DNA of 33,603 nt from Myxococcales bacterium (GCA_045863395.1 BTVJ01000082.1:1-33603), one strand, 5' to 3'; counted from the first letter of the stretch, positions 25,492 through 33,603 are shown. Numbers and translations are program-made. The notes: generated by a model not told the origin, from the sequence alone.

Positions 25492-25519
25492 ATCCTACTC
25501 CGATTGTGCGGCCGGGCAA
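25492..25519 (-). promoter_or_regulatory. Putative sigma70 promoter of the candidate sRNA
   Basis: TTGCCC (25519-25514), 16 nt spacer, TAGGAT (25497-25492), AT-rich upstream; the predicted start (~25484) coincides with the base of the first stem. Confidence 0.55.
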
Positions 25520-25555
25520 GATGATCAATTTGGGACATCGGTTACATTGTTGGCG

Positions 25556-28228
25556 TCATCGGTCGGACCACGTGCACACGGGCGGTGGGGCGGACAGGTC
25601 GCCCTTTCGGCGAAGCAGCAGGATCCGCTGTGCCCTGAAGTGGAGCAGCGCCGGGTCATCGAAGGTCCTGTCGAGTGCGAAGTCGCGCACGGGCGGCATC
25701 CGCGATAGGGACTCGGGGGCGAAGAGAGATCGCGGGGTGCTCACGAGGATCGCGAGCTTCGTGTCGCAGGCGCGCCGGAAGAGGCCCTCGACACGTGAGA
25801 TGCCCGTCTTGAAGCGCTTGGAGTTGGTGTCCACCTCGTTGGCGGCGATGGCCCGGCCGGCGAGCAGGGCGATGAGGGGCGTCGTCGTGGACGCACCGAG
25901 GATGGTCGCGTCGGGCGGGGTCGTGTCGCGGATGTGCGCGGCGATGGCCTCCGCGGTCGAGAACCACCGCTTCTTGCTCCACAGGTAGTGCGCCGGGCCC
26001 GGCTGCAGCTCGCCTCGGACCCTGTGATCGCGCCAGAACAGCAGGTGGACGACGCCGGACAGGCTCGGCAGCACGGGCGGCTCGATCCACCGGAAGTCGA
26101 CGCGGGTGCCGGCGGCCTCCTGCTCCTCCGGCCAGGCCTTGGCGTTGGCGCGGTGTCGGAGTGGGGACGCTGCGAGGGTCAGGGCGAGGACGGCGACGCC
26201 GAGCCAGGCGCGGCCGGCGGGCAGGCCGTCGCGGAGGCGGGCGAGGCCGTCGGTGACCAGAGAGGCGGAGGCGGTTAGGGTGAACGCAGCGAGAGGCGCC
26301 AGCGCCGCGAAGGGCAGCACGAAGTAGAAGTCGTAGAGCTCCTTGAACATCGAGAGCTGGAGGAAGTAGCCGAAGGCCACGAGGTACAAGAGGCGGGCGG
26401 CGCCCTCGGGGGTCCCGTCCCAGAGCGTGCGGGGATCGAGGAGGCGGAGCAGGCGCCGGGAGCGAGGGCCCCCTGCCGCAGGCGTGAGGACGCGCGCGAG
26501 CAGCGGCAGGGGCGCCAGCACGGCGGTCCAGAACAGGGAGCCGTGGTAGTAGAGGCTCTCCTGGAGCTCCTTCCCGCGCAGGAACACGCCGAAGTTGTGG
26601 ATTACGGCGCCGATGGGGCCGCCCGGGGAGCCGAAGAGGGGGAGCTGATCCGGGTCCTTCGCCGCCTTGAGAAGGTGGTAGCGGTACACGCCGTCCACGT
26701 AGCCCTGGCCGCCGATGGCCCAGAAGGTGAGGTTGATCGCGCCGAAGACCACGGCGAAGCCAGCGGCGAAGCGCAGCGTGGGGCGCAGGCCGCGGAAGGG
26801 CAGGGTGGCGAGGAGAACGGCGAAGCCGGCCATGGCGTAGAAGCCCGTGGACGCTGCCAGGCCGAACAGGGCGCCACCCAGCAGGAGCCGGTCGGTGAGG
26901 GCCGCCCAGGTGCCGCCCGCGCTGAACAGGAGCGTCAGGTTCACGCCCGTCAGGTTGGTGCTCGCCTTGAGCAGCTCGCTGGCGAACAGGAAGGCGCCGA
27001 GGGTCAGGAGGGCGGCGAAGGCGCCAAATCGCCGGCGAGCGAGGGCCCAGGCGAAGGCGCCGGCGCCAGCGGCGGCCAGCGGGGCGATGGACTTTGCGAG
27101 GAGGAGGGTGAACCCGAAGACCTTGAAGAGGGCCGCGGGGACCAGCAGGTGGACCGGAGGGTGTGCGAAGAAGAAGTCGCGGTAGGGGAGCTGCCCCTCC
27201 GCGAGGAGGTGCGCCATATAGAAGTAGATGTTCTCGTCGCCGTCGGCGGCGCGCAGGCCGTGGGTCTTGAGCAGGGCGTAGAGGGCAAAGGTTGTCGCGA
27301 CGGCGAGGGCCTCGGCGGCGCGGGCGGTGGTGACGAGTTGCGGTGGCGAGGTGGCCAGCGCGTGTGCGGTCGTGGCCACGGTGATGGCGGCGGCAAGGGC
27401 AGCGGCGACGGCCGCCCAGGGGGCGCCGGTCACCGCGAGCCACAGGACCGGGTGCAGCAGCGTCACGACTCCCAGGGCGCGGTTCAGCGGGGGACGTGGC
27501 CGTAGCGCGAGCGGAACGAGCGCGAGGGCGGCGACCAGCGCGAGCCCGAGCAGGGACGTTGGCAGAGGGGACGTGGGGTCGGTCATCGCCAGCACGGGGA
27601 TGGTCAGCGTGCCTCCGGGCCACTGTGGGGAGACGAGGAGGCCCGCGACGAGAAGCGCGGAGCCAGCGGCCACCACGCGGGCCGCCAGAGATGAGGGCGC
27701 GTCGGCGAGCGAGAGGAGCGCGGCGCCGAGGGCCGTCATGAGCAGCGGCGCCGGGACTCCGGCGACGCCCCGATCCCAGGGGTCGAGGAGGGTCGACACC
27801 CCGGACTGCGACACCCCGTAGAGGGACCACATCGCGAGCGTGGCGACGACTCCTCTGGTCAGGTCGAGGCGCGGGGTCGTGGAGCGGCGTGTAAAGGATG
27901 TGCACGCCAGCAGGAGAGTCAGCAGGGCTGAGAACCATGCCAGACCGGGAGAGATGGGATTCCCGACCGCGGCGCCGCCCCCTAGCGCTCCAATGAAGGG
28001 TCCCGAGCCCCACGGGAGGAGGAGGGCGGCGACTGCGAGGGACGCTGCGGCCAGGTGCGCGCGCCTGAGCAGGGCGGGGCGCTCCTTGGCGGGGAGGGAC
28101 GGAGCGGGCCCCGTGGAGGTCGCCGGGGTGTCAGGTGGCCGTGCCGCATCTGACGGTACACCCGGGCTCGTCTGTGGCTCGGGTCCCGGAGCGTCGGTCC
28201 GGCGCTCCTTGGGGCGCTTGCGGCTCAC
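25556..28228 (-). CDS. Polytopic membrane GT-C fold glycosyltransferase (ArnT/PMT-like) with an extra N-terminal membrane domain (890 aa)
   Basis: GTGA overlap with meaB; many TM segments; GDENIYFYMAHLLAEGQLPYRDFFFAHPP loop motif typical of GT-C enzymes. Confidence 0.75.
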   Translation of the reverse strand: MSRKRPKERRTDAPGPEPQTSPGVPSDAARPPDTPATSTGPAPSLPAKERPALLRRAHLAAASLAVAALLLPWGSGPFIGALGGGAAVGNPISPGLAWFSALLTLLLACTSFTRRSTTPRLDLTRGVVATLAMWSLYGVSQSGVSTLLDPWDRGVAGVPAPLLMTALGAALLSLADAPSSLAARVVAAGSALLVAGLLVSPQWPGGTLTIPVLAMTDPTSPLPTSLLGLALVAALALVPLALRPRPPLNRALGVVTLLHPVLWLAVTGAPWAAVAAALAAAITVATTAHALATSPPQLVTTARAAEALAVATTFALYALLKTHGLRAADGDENIYFYMAHLLAEGQLPYRDFFFAHPPVHLLVPAALFKVFGFTLLLAKSIAPLAAAGAGAFAWALARRRFGAFAALLTLGAFLFASELLKASTNLTGVNLTLLFSAGGTWAALTDRLLLGGALFGLAASTGFYAMAGFAVLLATLPFRGLRPTLRFAAGFAVVFGAINLTFWAIGGQGYVDGVYRYHLLKAAKDPDQLPLFGSPGGPIGAVIHNFGVFLRGKELQESLYYHGSLFWTAVLAPLPLLARVLTPAAGGPRSRRLLRLLDPRTLWDGTPEGAARLLYLVAFGYFLQLSMFKELYDFYFVLPFAALAPLAAFTLTASASLVTDGLARLRDGLPAGRAWLGVAVLALTLAASPLRHRANAKAWPEEQEAAGTRVDFRWIEPPVLPSLSGVVHLLFWRDHRVRGELQPGPAHYLWSKKRWFSTAEAIAAHIRDTTPPDATILGASTTTPLIALLAGRAIAANEVDTNSKRFKTGISRVEGLFRRACDTKLAILVSTPRSLFAPESLSRMPPVRDFALDRTFDDPALLHFRAQRILLLRRKGDLSAPPPVCTWSDR

Positions 28229-29187
28229 GGCGTGCGCAGGAGGGCTCCGAGGACCTCGTCGCCCACGCTGTAGGGGTCGGTCTCCCGAGCGATGATCTGG
28301 TCGATGTACGTGTCGCGGCGCCCGTCCGTGGCGAGCCATCCGTCGATGGCGCGGACCGCCAGGTCTCGCAGCACCTGGTCGAGCACGTGGCGCTCCCGCA
28401 GCCGCCGCCTCCCGCGGGTGCCTGCGTCCGTGGTCAAGAAGGCGCGGTGCTCGGCGATCTTCTCCGCGACGTCCGCGATACCCTCCCCGCGCACCGCGAC
28501 GGCCTTGACGATGGGAGGGAACCAAGGCGGCATCTCCGACATCATGGCCTGCATCTGGCGCAGGTCGCGCAGCACCCGGTCGGCGCCGTCGTGGTCCGCC
28601 TTGTTGACGACGAAGATGTCCGCGATCTCGAGGATGCCCGCCTTGATGGCCTGGATGTCGTCGCCGAGGCCCGGCACCACGACCACCACGCACGTGTCGG
28701 CGAGGCGCACGATGTCGATCTCGTCCTGCCCGACGCCGACCGTCTCCACGATGATGGCGTCGTACCCCATGGCGTCGAGCACGGACACCACGTCGTGAGT
28801 GGAGCGGGACAGCCCGCCCAGCGCGCCGCGCGTGGCCAGGGAGCGGATGAACACCCCCGGGTCCGTGAAGTGATCGACCATGCGGATGCGGTCGCCGAGG
28901 ATGGCTCCGCCGGAGAAGGGGCTCGACGGGTCGACGGCAACGACGCCCACGCGGAGCCCCTCGCTGCGGTAGTGGCGCACGAGCTGGTTGACGAGCGTGC
29001 TCTTGCCGCTACCCGGGTTGCCGGTCAGCCCCAGGACGAAGGCGCGGCCCGTGTGGGGATAGAGGCGCTTGAGGGCCTCGGTGGCGCCCGCGGAGCGGTC
29101 GTCGAGCAGGCGCATGAGGCGCGCGCCGGAGCGCACGTCGCCCGCGAGGATGGGCTCCACCAGGGCCAGGGGATCTCGGGTGCGCAT
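28225..29187 (-). CDS. meaB: Methylmalonyl-CoA mutase-associated GTPase MeaB/ArgK
   Basis: GLTGNPGSGKST, AVDPSSPFSGGAILGDRIRM, RGALGGLS, ETVGVGQDE, KAGILEIAD, NKAD. Confidence 0.95.
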   Translation of the reverse strand: MRTRDPLALVEPILAGDVRSGARLMRLLDDRSAGATEALKRLYPHTGRAFVLGLTGNPGSGKSTLVNQLVRHYRSEGLRVGVVAVDPSSPFSGGAILGDRIRMVDHFTDPGVFIRSLATRGALGGLSRSTHDVVSVLDAMGYDAIIVETVGVGQDEIDIVRLADTCVVVVVPGLGDDIQAIKAGILEIADIFVVNKADHDGADRVLRDLRQMQAMMSEMPPWFPPIVKAVAVRGEGIADVAEKIAEHRAFLTTDAGTRGRRRLRERHVLDQVLRDLAVRAIDGWLATDGRRDTYIDQIIARETDPYSVGDEVLGALLRTP

Positions 29188-29319
29188 TGTGTCTCCGGGG
29201 TCCGGGGGGCGCGGAGGCCCATGAGCCCTTCTATCGTCTGCCCGGCGCGCGGGTCAAGGCGCGGGTCGGGCTGGAATGTAGTAGGGTGCCCGCAGGTTCT
29301 GCGCCGTCGGAGGAGCCCC

Positions 29320-29958
29320 ATGACCATGCGCCTGTTCGTGTGCCTCGCCCTGCTCGCCGCCTGTCGCAAGGACGAGGCGAGCGAGGCTCCCGCCGTTCCC
29401 TCCCTCGATGAGGCCCCGGCAATCCGTGTCGCCGAAGACAACCCCGGCCTCGCCTTCCGCTACTTCGACGCCGTCGAGGGGAAGCTCGTCACCGTCGGCG
29501 CCATTGACGTGGTGCCGGAGGAGGTCCGCTCGGCGGTGATGGTCGTCGATACCAGCGCGCCTCCGGCCCCGCCCAATGCGCTCTATGTGGCGGACCTCAC
29601 CAGCAAGCGCGACGACGGCACCTACGCGTGGCGGGTCGTGGATCGCTTTGCCTACGAGAAGGTGGGCGTCCCGGAGGTGCGGGCGGAGGGGCGAGCGCCC
29701 GTGACCATCTACAGCGCCGAGTGGTGCGGCGCCTGCAAGCAGGCCATGGCCTGGATGAAGAAGAACGGGGTGGCCTTCGTGGAGCGCGACGTGGAGAAGG
29801 ACCCGAAGGCGCTGGATGACCTCAGGGCCGACGCGCAGAAGGCGGGGGTGCCGTACTCCTCGCTGGCGCGCAAGGTGCCCGTGATCGTCGCCAACGGGAG
29901 GGTCATGTCGGGCTTCGACCCGGGGGCGCTCCAGGCCGCCCTGTCTGGATCGCCATAA
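29320..29958 (+). CDS. Lipoprotein with a C-terminal glutaredoxin/NrdH-like domain (212 aa; alternative ATG 29326)
   Basis: GGAGGAG RBS; lipobox LLAAC; IYSAEWCGACK, ERDVEKD, VPVIV, GFD. Confidence 0.85.
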   Translation: MTMRLFVCLALLAACRKDEASEAPAVPSLDEAPAIRVAEDNPGLAFRYFDAVEGKLVTVGAIDVVPEEVRSAVMVVDTSAPPAPPNALYVADLTSKRDDGTYAWRVVDRFAYEKVGVPEVRAEGRAPVTIYSAEWCGACKQAMAWMKKNGVAFVERDVEKDPKALDDLRADAQKAGVPYSSLARKVPVIVANGRVMSGFDPGALQAALSGSP

Positions 29959-29988
29959 TCGTTGCAGATCATGTGAGTACACGCCACT

Positions 29989-30029
29989 GTCAACAACTTG
30001 TTGACTCCTGAACGGGTGTTTCCTACAGT
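29989..30029 (+). promoter_or_regulatory. Sigma70 promoter with a palindromic operator overlapping the -35
   Basis: TTGACT (30001-30006), 17 nt spacer, TACAGT (30024-30029); perfect palindrome GTCAACAA-C-TTGTTGAC at 29989-30005. Confidence 0.65.
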
Positions 30030-30079
30030 CGCCGGCCAAGGTGAGAACCGGAACCTCTCGCAGGAACAGGTGCTGTGCG

Positions 30080-30430
30080 ATGACGATGGCGTATGCGGTC
30101 CCCGAGGCGGCCGAGGTCATGGACGTGGCAGCCTCCTTCAAGGTCGAGCAGGTGTGGTCTTCGACGGAGGCCCGGACGACACAGGCCGTGCGGGTCGGTC
30201 CCGAGGCCATCTGGCTGTCACGCATGCCCGGCGACGACCGCAAGCGCTTCCTGTGGCTCGAGTTCACGCTCCCCGGCACAAACCAGCGAATCCGCGCCCT
30301 GGGCGAGGTGCTGCCGGCGCCCGACGCGAGCGTTCGCTGGACCTGCGTGCGCTTCAAGCACCTGTTCCCGGACCAGCAGCGCGTCGTGGAGCGCTTCGTG
30401 TCGGCCCACCGGCCACGCATGGCGGCTTGA
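30080..30430 (+). CDS. PilZ-like single-domain protein (degenerate)
   Basis: LWLEFTLPG...IRALGEV...VRFKHL.PDQQRVVERFV resembles the PilZ barrel C-half and terminal helix. Confidence 0.6.
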   Translation: MTMAYAVPEAAEVMDVAASFKVEQVWSSTEARTTQAVRVGPEAIWLSRMPGDDRKRFLWLEFTLPGTNQRIRALGEVLPAPDASVRWTCVRFKHLFPDQQRVVERFVSAHRPRMAA

Positions 30431-30464
30431 TCCGGCATCCCTCGTCGGCGCTCGCGAGGTCCCG

Positions 30465-31709
30465 ATGACCCGCCCCTTCGAGCAGGTGGCGTCCGCCCTC
30501 CTGTCCCTGGATCCCGAGCGCATCGTGCCCGGCCTGGAGCGCACCCGTGAGGCGCTGCGGCGGCTGGGTGACCCGCACGTCGGGCGCACCCGCTGGTGCA
30601 TCATTGCCGGCACCAACGGCAAGGGCTCGACGGCCGCGTTCCTCGACGCCATCTGCCGCGCGGACGGCCGCCGCACCGCGCTCTACACGAGCCCCCATCT
30701 GGAGCGGGTCACCGAGCGCATGAGGTTTGGCGGTGCGGAGATCGGCGAGGAGGACTTCGCGCGGCTTGGCGAGAGGGTGTTGGAGGTGGTCGCCGGGGGA
30801 GTCCCCCTCAGCTTCTTCGAGGCGCTGACGGTGACCGCCTTTCTCTGGTTCGCCGAGGTGGAGCCCGAGATAGGGGTCCTCGAGGTGGGCCTCGGGGGGA
30901 GGTGGGATGCGACGAACGTAGTTGATCCCGCCCTGTCGGTGCTCACGACGGTGGGGCTGGATCACACCGAGTGGCTTGGCAACGATCTCTGGAGCATCGC
31001 CCGGGAGAAGGCGGGGGTGGTCAGGGGCGGTGGCGTCGTCGTCAGCGGACTGCCCGACGCGCTGCACCCGGTGGTCGAGGCCGCGGTCGCGGGGGGGCGC
31101 GTGGTGCGCATCGGGCGCGACGTGGAGGGGAGCCTCTGCGGGGGGCGCTTCTCGTACCGAGGGCTGGGCGCCGGTATCGACGACGTGCTCCTGGGCATCG
31201 GGGGCCACTGGCAGCGGCACAACGCGACCCTGGCGGCGGCGGCGGCGGAGCTGCTGGGCGCCGGCGGGGAGGCCATCGCGCGTGGGCTGGAGTATGCCCG
31301 CTGGCCGGGGCGCTACGAGCGCATCCCGGGGGCGCCGGCGATCATCCTCGATGGGGCGCACAACGAGCAGGGGGCCCGGGCGCTTGCGCAGACGCTGGCG
31401 GAGGATCGGCTCGGGCGCGTGATCCTGGTGGCCGCCTGCCGCCAGGACAAGGATGCGGGCGCGATCCTGGGAGCGCTCTGGCCGCACGTGTGGGCGGCCG
31501 TGCTGACCCGGGTGCCGGGGCCCAAGGCGCGCCAGCCGCAGGAGCTCGCTGCGTTGGCGCCGGGCCCGCTCCCGGGTGGAGTGGTCGAGGCCCTCGATGC
31601 CGAGGCCGCGCTGGAGGGAGCGCGAGCGTTGGCGTCCCCCGAAGACACGATCCTGATCGCCGGCAGCCTGTACCTCGTGGGGGCGCTGCGGCCGCTGGTG
31701 CGACGGTAA
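30465..31709 (+). CDS. folC: Bifunctional folylpolyglutamate synthase/dihydrofolate synthase
   Basis: IAGTNGKGST, YTSPHL, SFFE, LEVGLGGRWDATNV, GLDHTEWLG, REKAG, WPGR, DGAHN, AGSLYLVG. Confidence 0.95.
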   Translation: MTRPFEQVASALLSLDPERIVPGLERTREALRRLGDPHVGRTRWCIIAGTNGKGSTAAFLDAICRADGRRTALYTSPHLERVTERMRFGGAEIGEEDFARLGERVLEVVAGGVPLSFFEALTVTAFLWFAEVEPEIGVLEVGLGGRWDATNVVDPALSVLTTVGLDHTEWLGNDLWSIAREKAGVVRGGGVVVSGLPDALHPVVEAAVAGGRVVRIGRDVEGSLCGGRFSYRGLGAGIDDVLLGIGGHWQRHNATLAAAAAELLGAGGEAIARGLEYARWPGRYERIPGAPAIILDGAHNEQGARALAQTLAEDRLGRVILVAACRQDKDAGAILGALWPHVWAAVLTRVPGPKARQPQELAALAPGPLPGGVVEALDAEAALEGARALASPEDTILIAGSLYLVGALRPLVRR

Positions 31710-31850
31710 CCGCGCGTCCCGCGCCGGGCGCGACGCGGGCATTGCGGTGACCGGGGCGCGCGGCGATCCTTGCCCTTCGGTGGGGGGCGGAGGCTGGTGC
31801 GGCACAGCGACCTGGGGCCGGCGGCGCGCGTCTGCGGCGCGGAGAGGCGT

Positions 31851-33603
31851 ATGGGCAAGGCATGCACATGGTGGATCGCCGTCGCGCTGTTGGCGTGCTG
31901 CGGTGACGCGCCGGGAGGCGCTCCCATCGGCGACACGGGACCGTTGCAGGGGGCGGACGATCCGCGGTGGTCGGGCGGTCGCGGAGCTGGGGACGGGGTT
32001 GGGGGCGGTGATGGGGGCGGCGCACGAGGCGGGGTCCTGGACCCGCACGCGGACGCGAGCGCGGATCAGGCGTCGAGCGGCGGCCCCGCCGACTCCGAGG
32101 CGTGGGGCGACGCACTCGGAGTCGGGGACGTCGCCGCGCGGGCCGCGTGCGGTGACGGGGTCTGCGGTCCCGGCGAGGGGCAGTGCACCTGCCCCGCGGA
32201 CTGCGGCCCATGCCCGGGCTGCTGCCAGGGGGAGGTCTGCCGCAAGGGGGACACCGACGATGCGTGCGGCGTGGCGGGGGAAGAGTGTGGCGCCTGCGCC
32301 CCGGGGACCCGCTGTGACGAAGGGGCGTGCATCTGCGCGCCTGCCTGCGCGACAGCGTGCGGCGACGACGGCTGCGGCGGCTCGTGTGGCGCCTGCGCGC
32401 CGGGCGAGACGTGCGTCGAGGGGGCGTGCATGGCTGGCTGCACCCCCCAGTGCGGAGGAGCCGCCTGCGGGGACGACGGCTGCGGCGGGTCCTGCGGGGC
32501 GTGCCCGCAGGGGCTGAGCTGCCAGGCGGGCGCCTGCCAGCCGGGGCCGTGCGCACCCTCCTGCGCGGGCAAATCCTGCGGGGACGACGGGTGCGGGGGC
32601 TCCTGCGGCTCCTGTGGTGGGGGCCAGACCTGCACGGCTGGCGCCTGTGGCTGCCTGCCTTCGTGTATAGGCAAGTCCTGCGGCGACGATGGGTGCGGCG
32701 GCTCCTGCGGGACCTGCGACGACGGCGACGGCTGCAACGGCCTGGAGACCTGCCAGGCTGGGGCGTGCGTGACGGCGGCGACGGCCTGCCCGGCAGCCCC
32801 GGCGGAGTGCGGGGTCTCGCCGTCCTCGCCGGGCCCCAAGGCCGGCGTCCTGACCGCGGCGCCCGCCGCCGGCTTCCGCATGGTGGACCAGAGCGGCTGG
32901 GCGGCCGCCACGAGCGCAATCGACGCCATCGCCGCCCACCCGAGCGTCCAGGCGGTGAGCCTCGCCGACGTGCTCGCCGACCTGAACCGCACCGCAACGA
33001 AGGTCTCGTCGGTGCCCGGCGTGGAGTGCTTCCACACGGGCTTCACGTGGGAGCCGGGCGACGTGAACGTCGACTACTGGTGGCCGCAGGGCATCTGCGG
33101 CACGGCGTCGGCCTACCCGGACGGCGCGTACCAGGGCCGCAAGGTCGCCATCGTGACCTGGTACCACAAGCCGGAGCTGGACACGGCGGGTTCGCCGGAC
33201 AAGGGCGTCCGCGTAGCCATCGTGGACACGACGAACCTGGCGGACGCCCGCTACCGCCTGGCGCTCCTGGTCGCGCCCACGACGACGGGCGGGGTCCCCA
33301 CCTACGGCGCGGTCAAGGTCCACGCGGGCGGCATCGCCTGGTACCGCGACCTCCTCTACGTGGCGGACACGTCCAACGGCCTCCGCGTGTTCGACCTGAC
33401 GCGCATCCTCCGCGTCCAGACGGGCGACAAGGACGCCATCGGCAAGGTCTCCGATGCGGCGGGCTACCACGCGGCGGGCTACAAGTACGTCATCCCCCAG
33501 GTGACCCGGTACAAGCTCTGCGGCCCGTGCTGCGCCCGCTTCTCCTTCGTGGAGGCGGACCTGAGCACCACGCCGCCGTCGCTCCTCGCCGGCGAGTACT
33601 CGG
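31851..33603 (+). CDS. Large lipoprotein with a Cys-rich repeat stalk and a C-terminal globular (propeller-like) domain; runs off the window edge
   Basis: Not in the ORF track. GGAGAGG RBS; MGKACTWWIAVALLACC signal; open to the window end; CGDDGCGGSCG repeats followed by WWPQGI, VTWY, KGVRVAIVD and HAGGIAWYRDLLYVADT. Confidence 0.8.
   Translation, partial: MGKACTWWIAVALLACCGDAPGGAPIGDTGPLQGADDPRWSGGRGAGDGVGGGDGGGARGGVLDPHADASADQASSGGPADSEAWGDALGVGDVAARAACGDGVCGPGEGQCTCPADCGPCPGCCQGEVCRKGDTDDACGVAGEECGACAPGTRCDEGACICAPACATACGDDGCGGSCGACAPGETCVEGACMAGCTPQCGGAACGDDGCGGSCGACPQGLSCQAGACQPGPCAPSCAGKSCGDDGCGGSCGSCGGGQTCTAGACGCLPSCIGKSCGDDGCGGSCGTCDDGDGCNGLETCQAGACVTAATACPAAPAECGVSPSSPGPKAGVLTAAPAAGFRMVDQSGWAAATSAIDAIAAHPSVQAVSLADVLADLNRTATKVSSVPGVECFHTGFTWEPGDVNVDYWWPQGICGTASAYPDGAYQGRKVAIVTWYHKPELDTAGSPDKGVRVAIVDTTNLADARYRLALLVAPTTTGGVPTYGAVKVHAGGIAWYRDLLYVADTSNGLRVFDLTRILRVQTGDKDAIGKVSDAAGYHAAGYKYVIPQVTRYKLCGPCCARFSFVEADLSTTPPSLLAGEYS
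32358..32717 (+). repeat. Four CGDDGCGGSCGxC repeats spaced about 105-111 bp apart
   Basis: tgcgg(c/g)gacga(c/t)gg(c/g)tgcgg(c/g)gg-tc-tg-gg recurs four times in frame. Confidence 0.9.

Noticed and set aside
28135..29319. N-terminal part of the 607-aa plus-strand ORF
   Set aside because: It is mostly antisense to meaB; the glutaredoxin lipoprotein starts at 29320 or 29326 after GGAGGAG.
31710..31760. GC hairpin after folC as a terminator
   Set aside because: The stem is imperfect, has no U-tract, and is expected by chance at this GC content.

Overview
GC-rich bacterial DNA, most likely from a Myxococcota/deltaproteobacterial genome (inferred from an AgmX/PglI-type TonB C-terminal domain, many Cys-rich lipoproteins and a PilZ-like protein). 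There are about 25 real CDSs; most long ORFs in the track are antisense or shifted-frame shadows. From left to right: (i) a truncated COG4637-like ATPase; (ii) a minus-strand six-gene operon (12394->506) that looks like a surface alpha-glucan capture system, with a DOMON-like glucodextranase-C protein, a predicted beta-barrel, two lipoproteins sharing a Ca/carbohydrate-binding-like module, a lipid-anchored GH57 amylopullulanase and an alpha/beta hydrolase; (iii) an orphan secreted protein, rnhB, an AgmX/PglI-domain lipoprotein coupled to rdgB, and an amidase; (iv) a cluster of a crotonase, three acyl-CoA dehydrogenases (ACADs) and a B12-binding mutase subunit; (v) two Cys-rich lipoproteins, a candidate sRNA, a GT-C glycosyltransferase and meaB; (vi) a glutaredoxin lipoprotein, a degenerate PilZ protein, folC and a truncated Cys-rich lipoprotein. 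Three leads stand out. The first is an unannotated ~138-nt minus-strand sRNA (25484->25347) with its own sigma70-like promoter, two hairpins carrying the same UUCCCCCC(C)G loop, and a U7 tail. The second is a pair of ACADs that have lost complementary halves of the FAD site, suggesting an obligate heteromer. The third is the non-Sus, non-LamB alpha-glucan operon. All calls come from reading motifs by eye; no searches were run.
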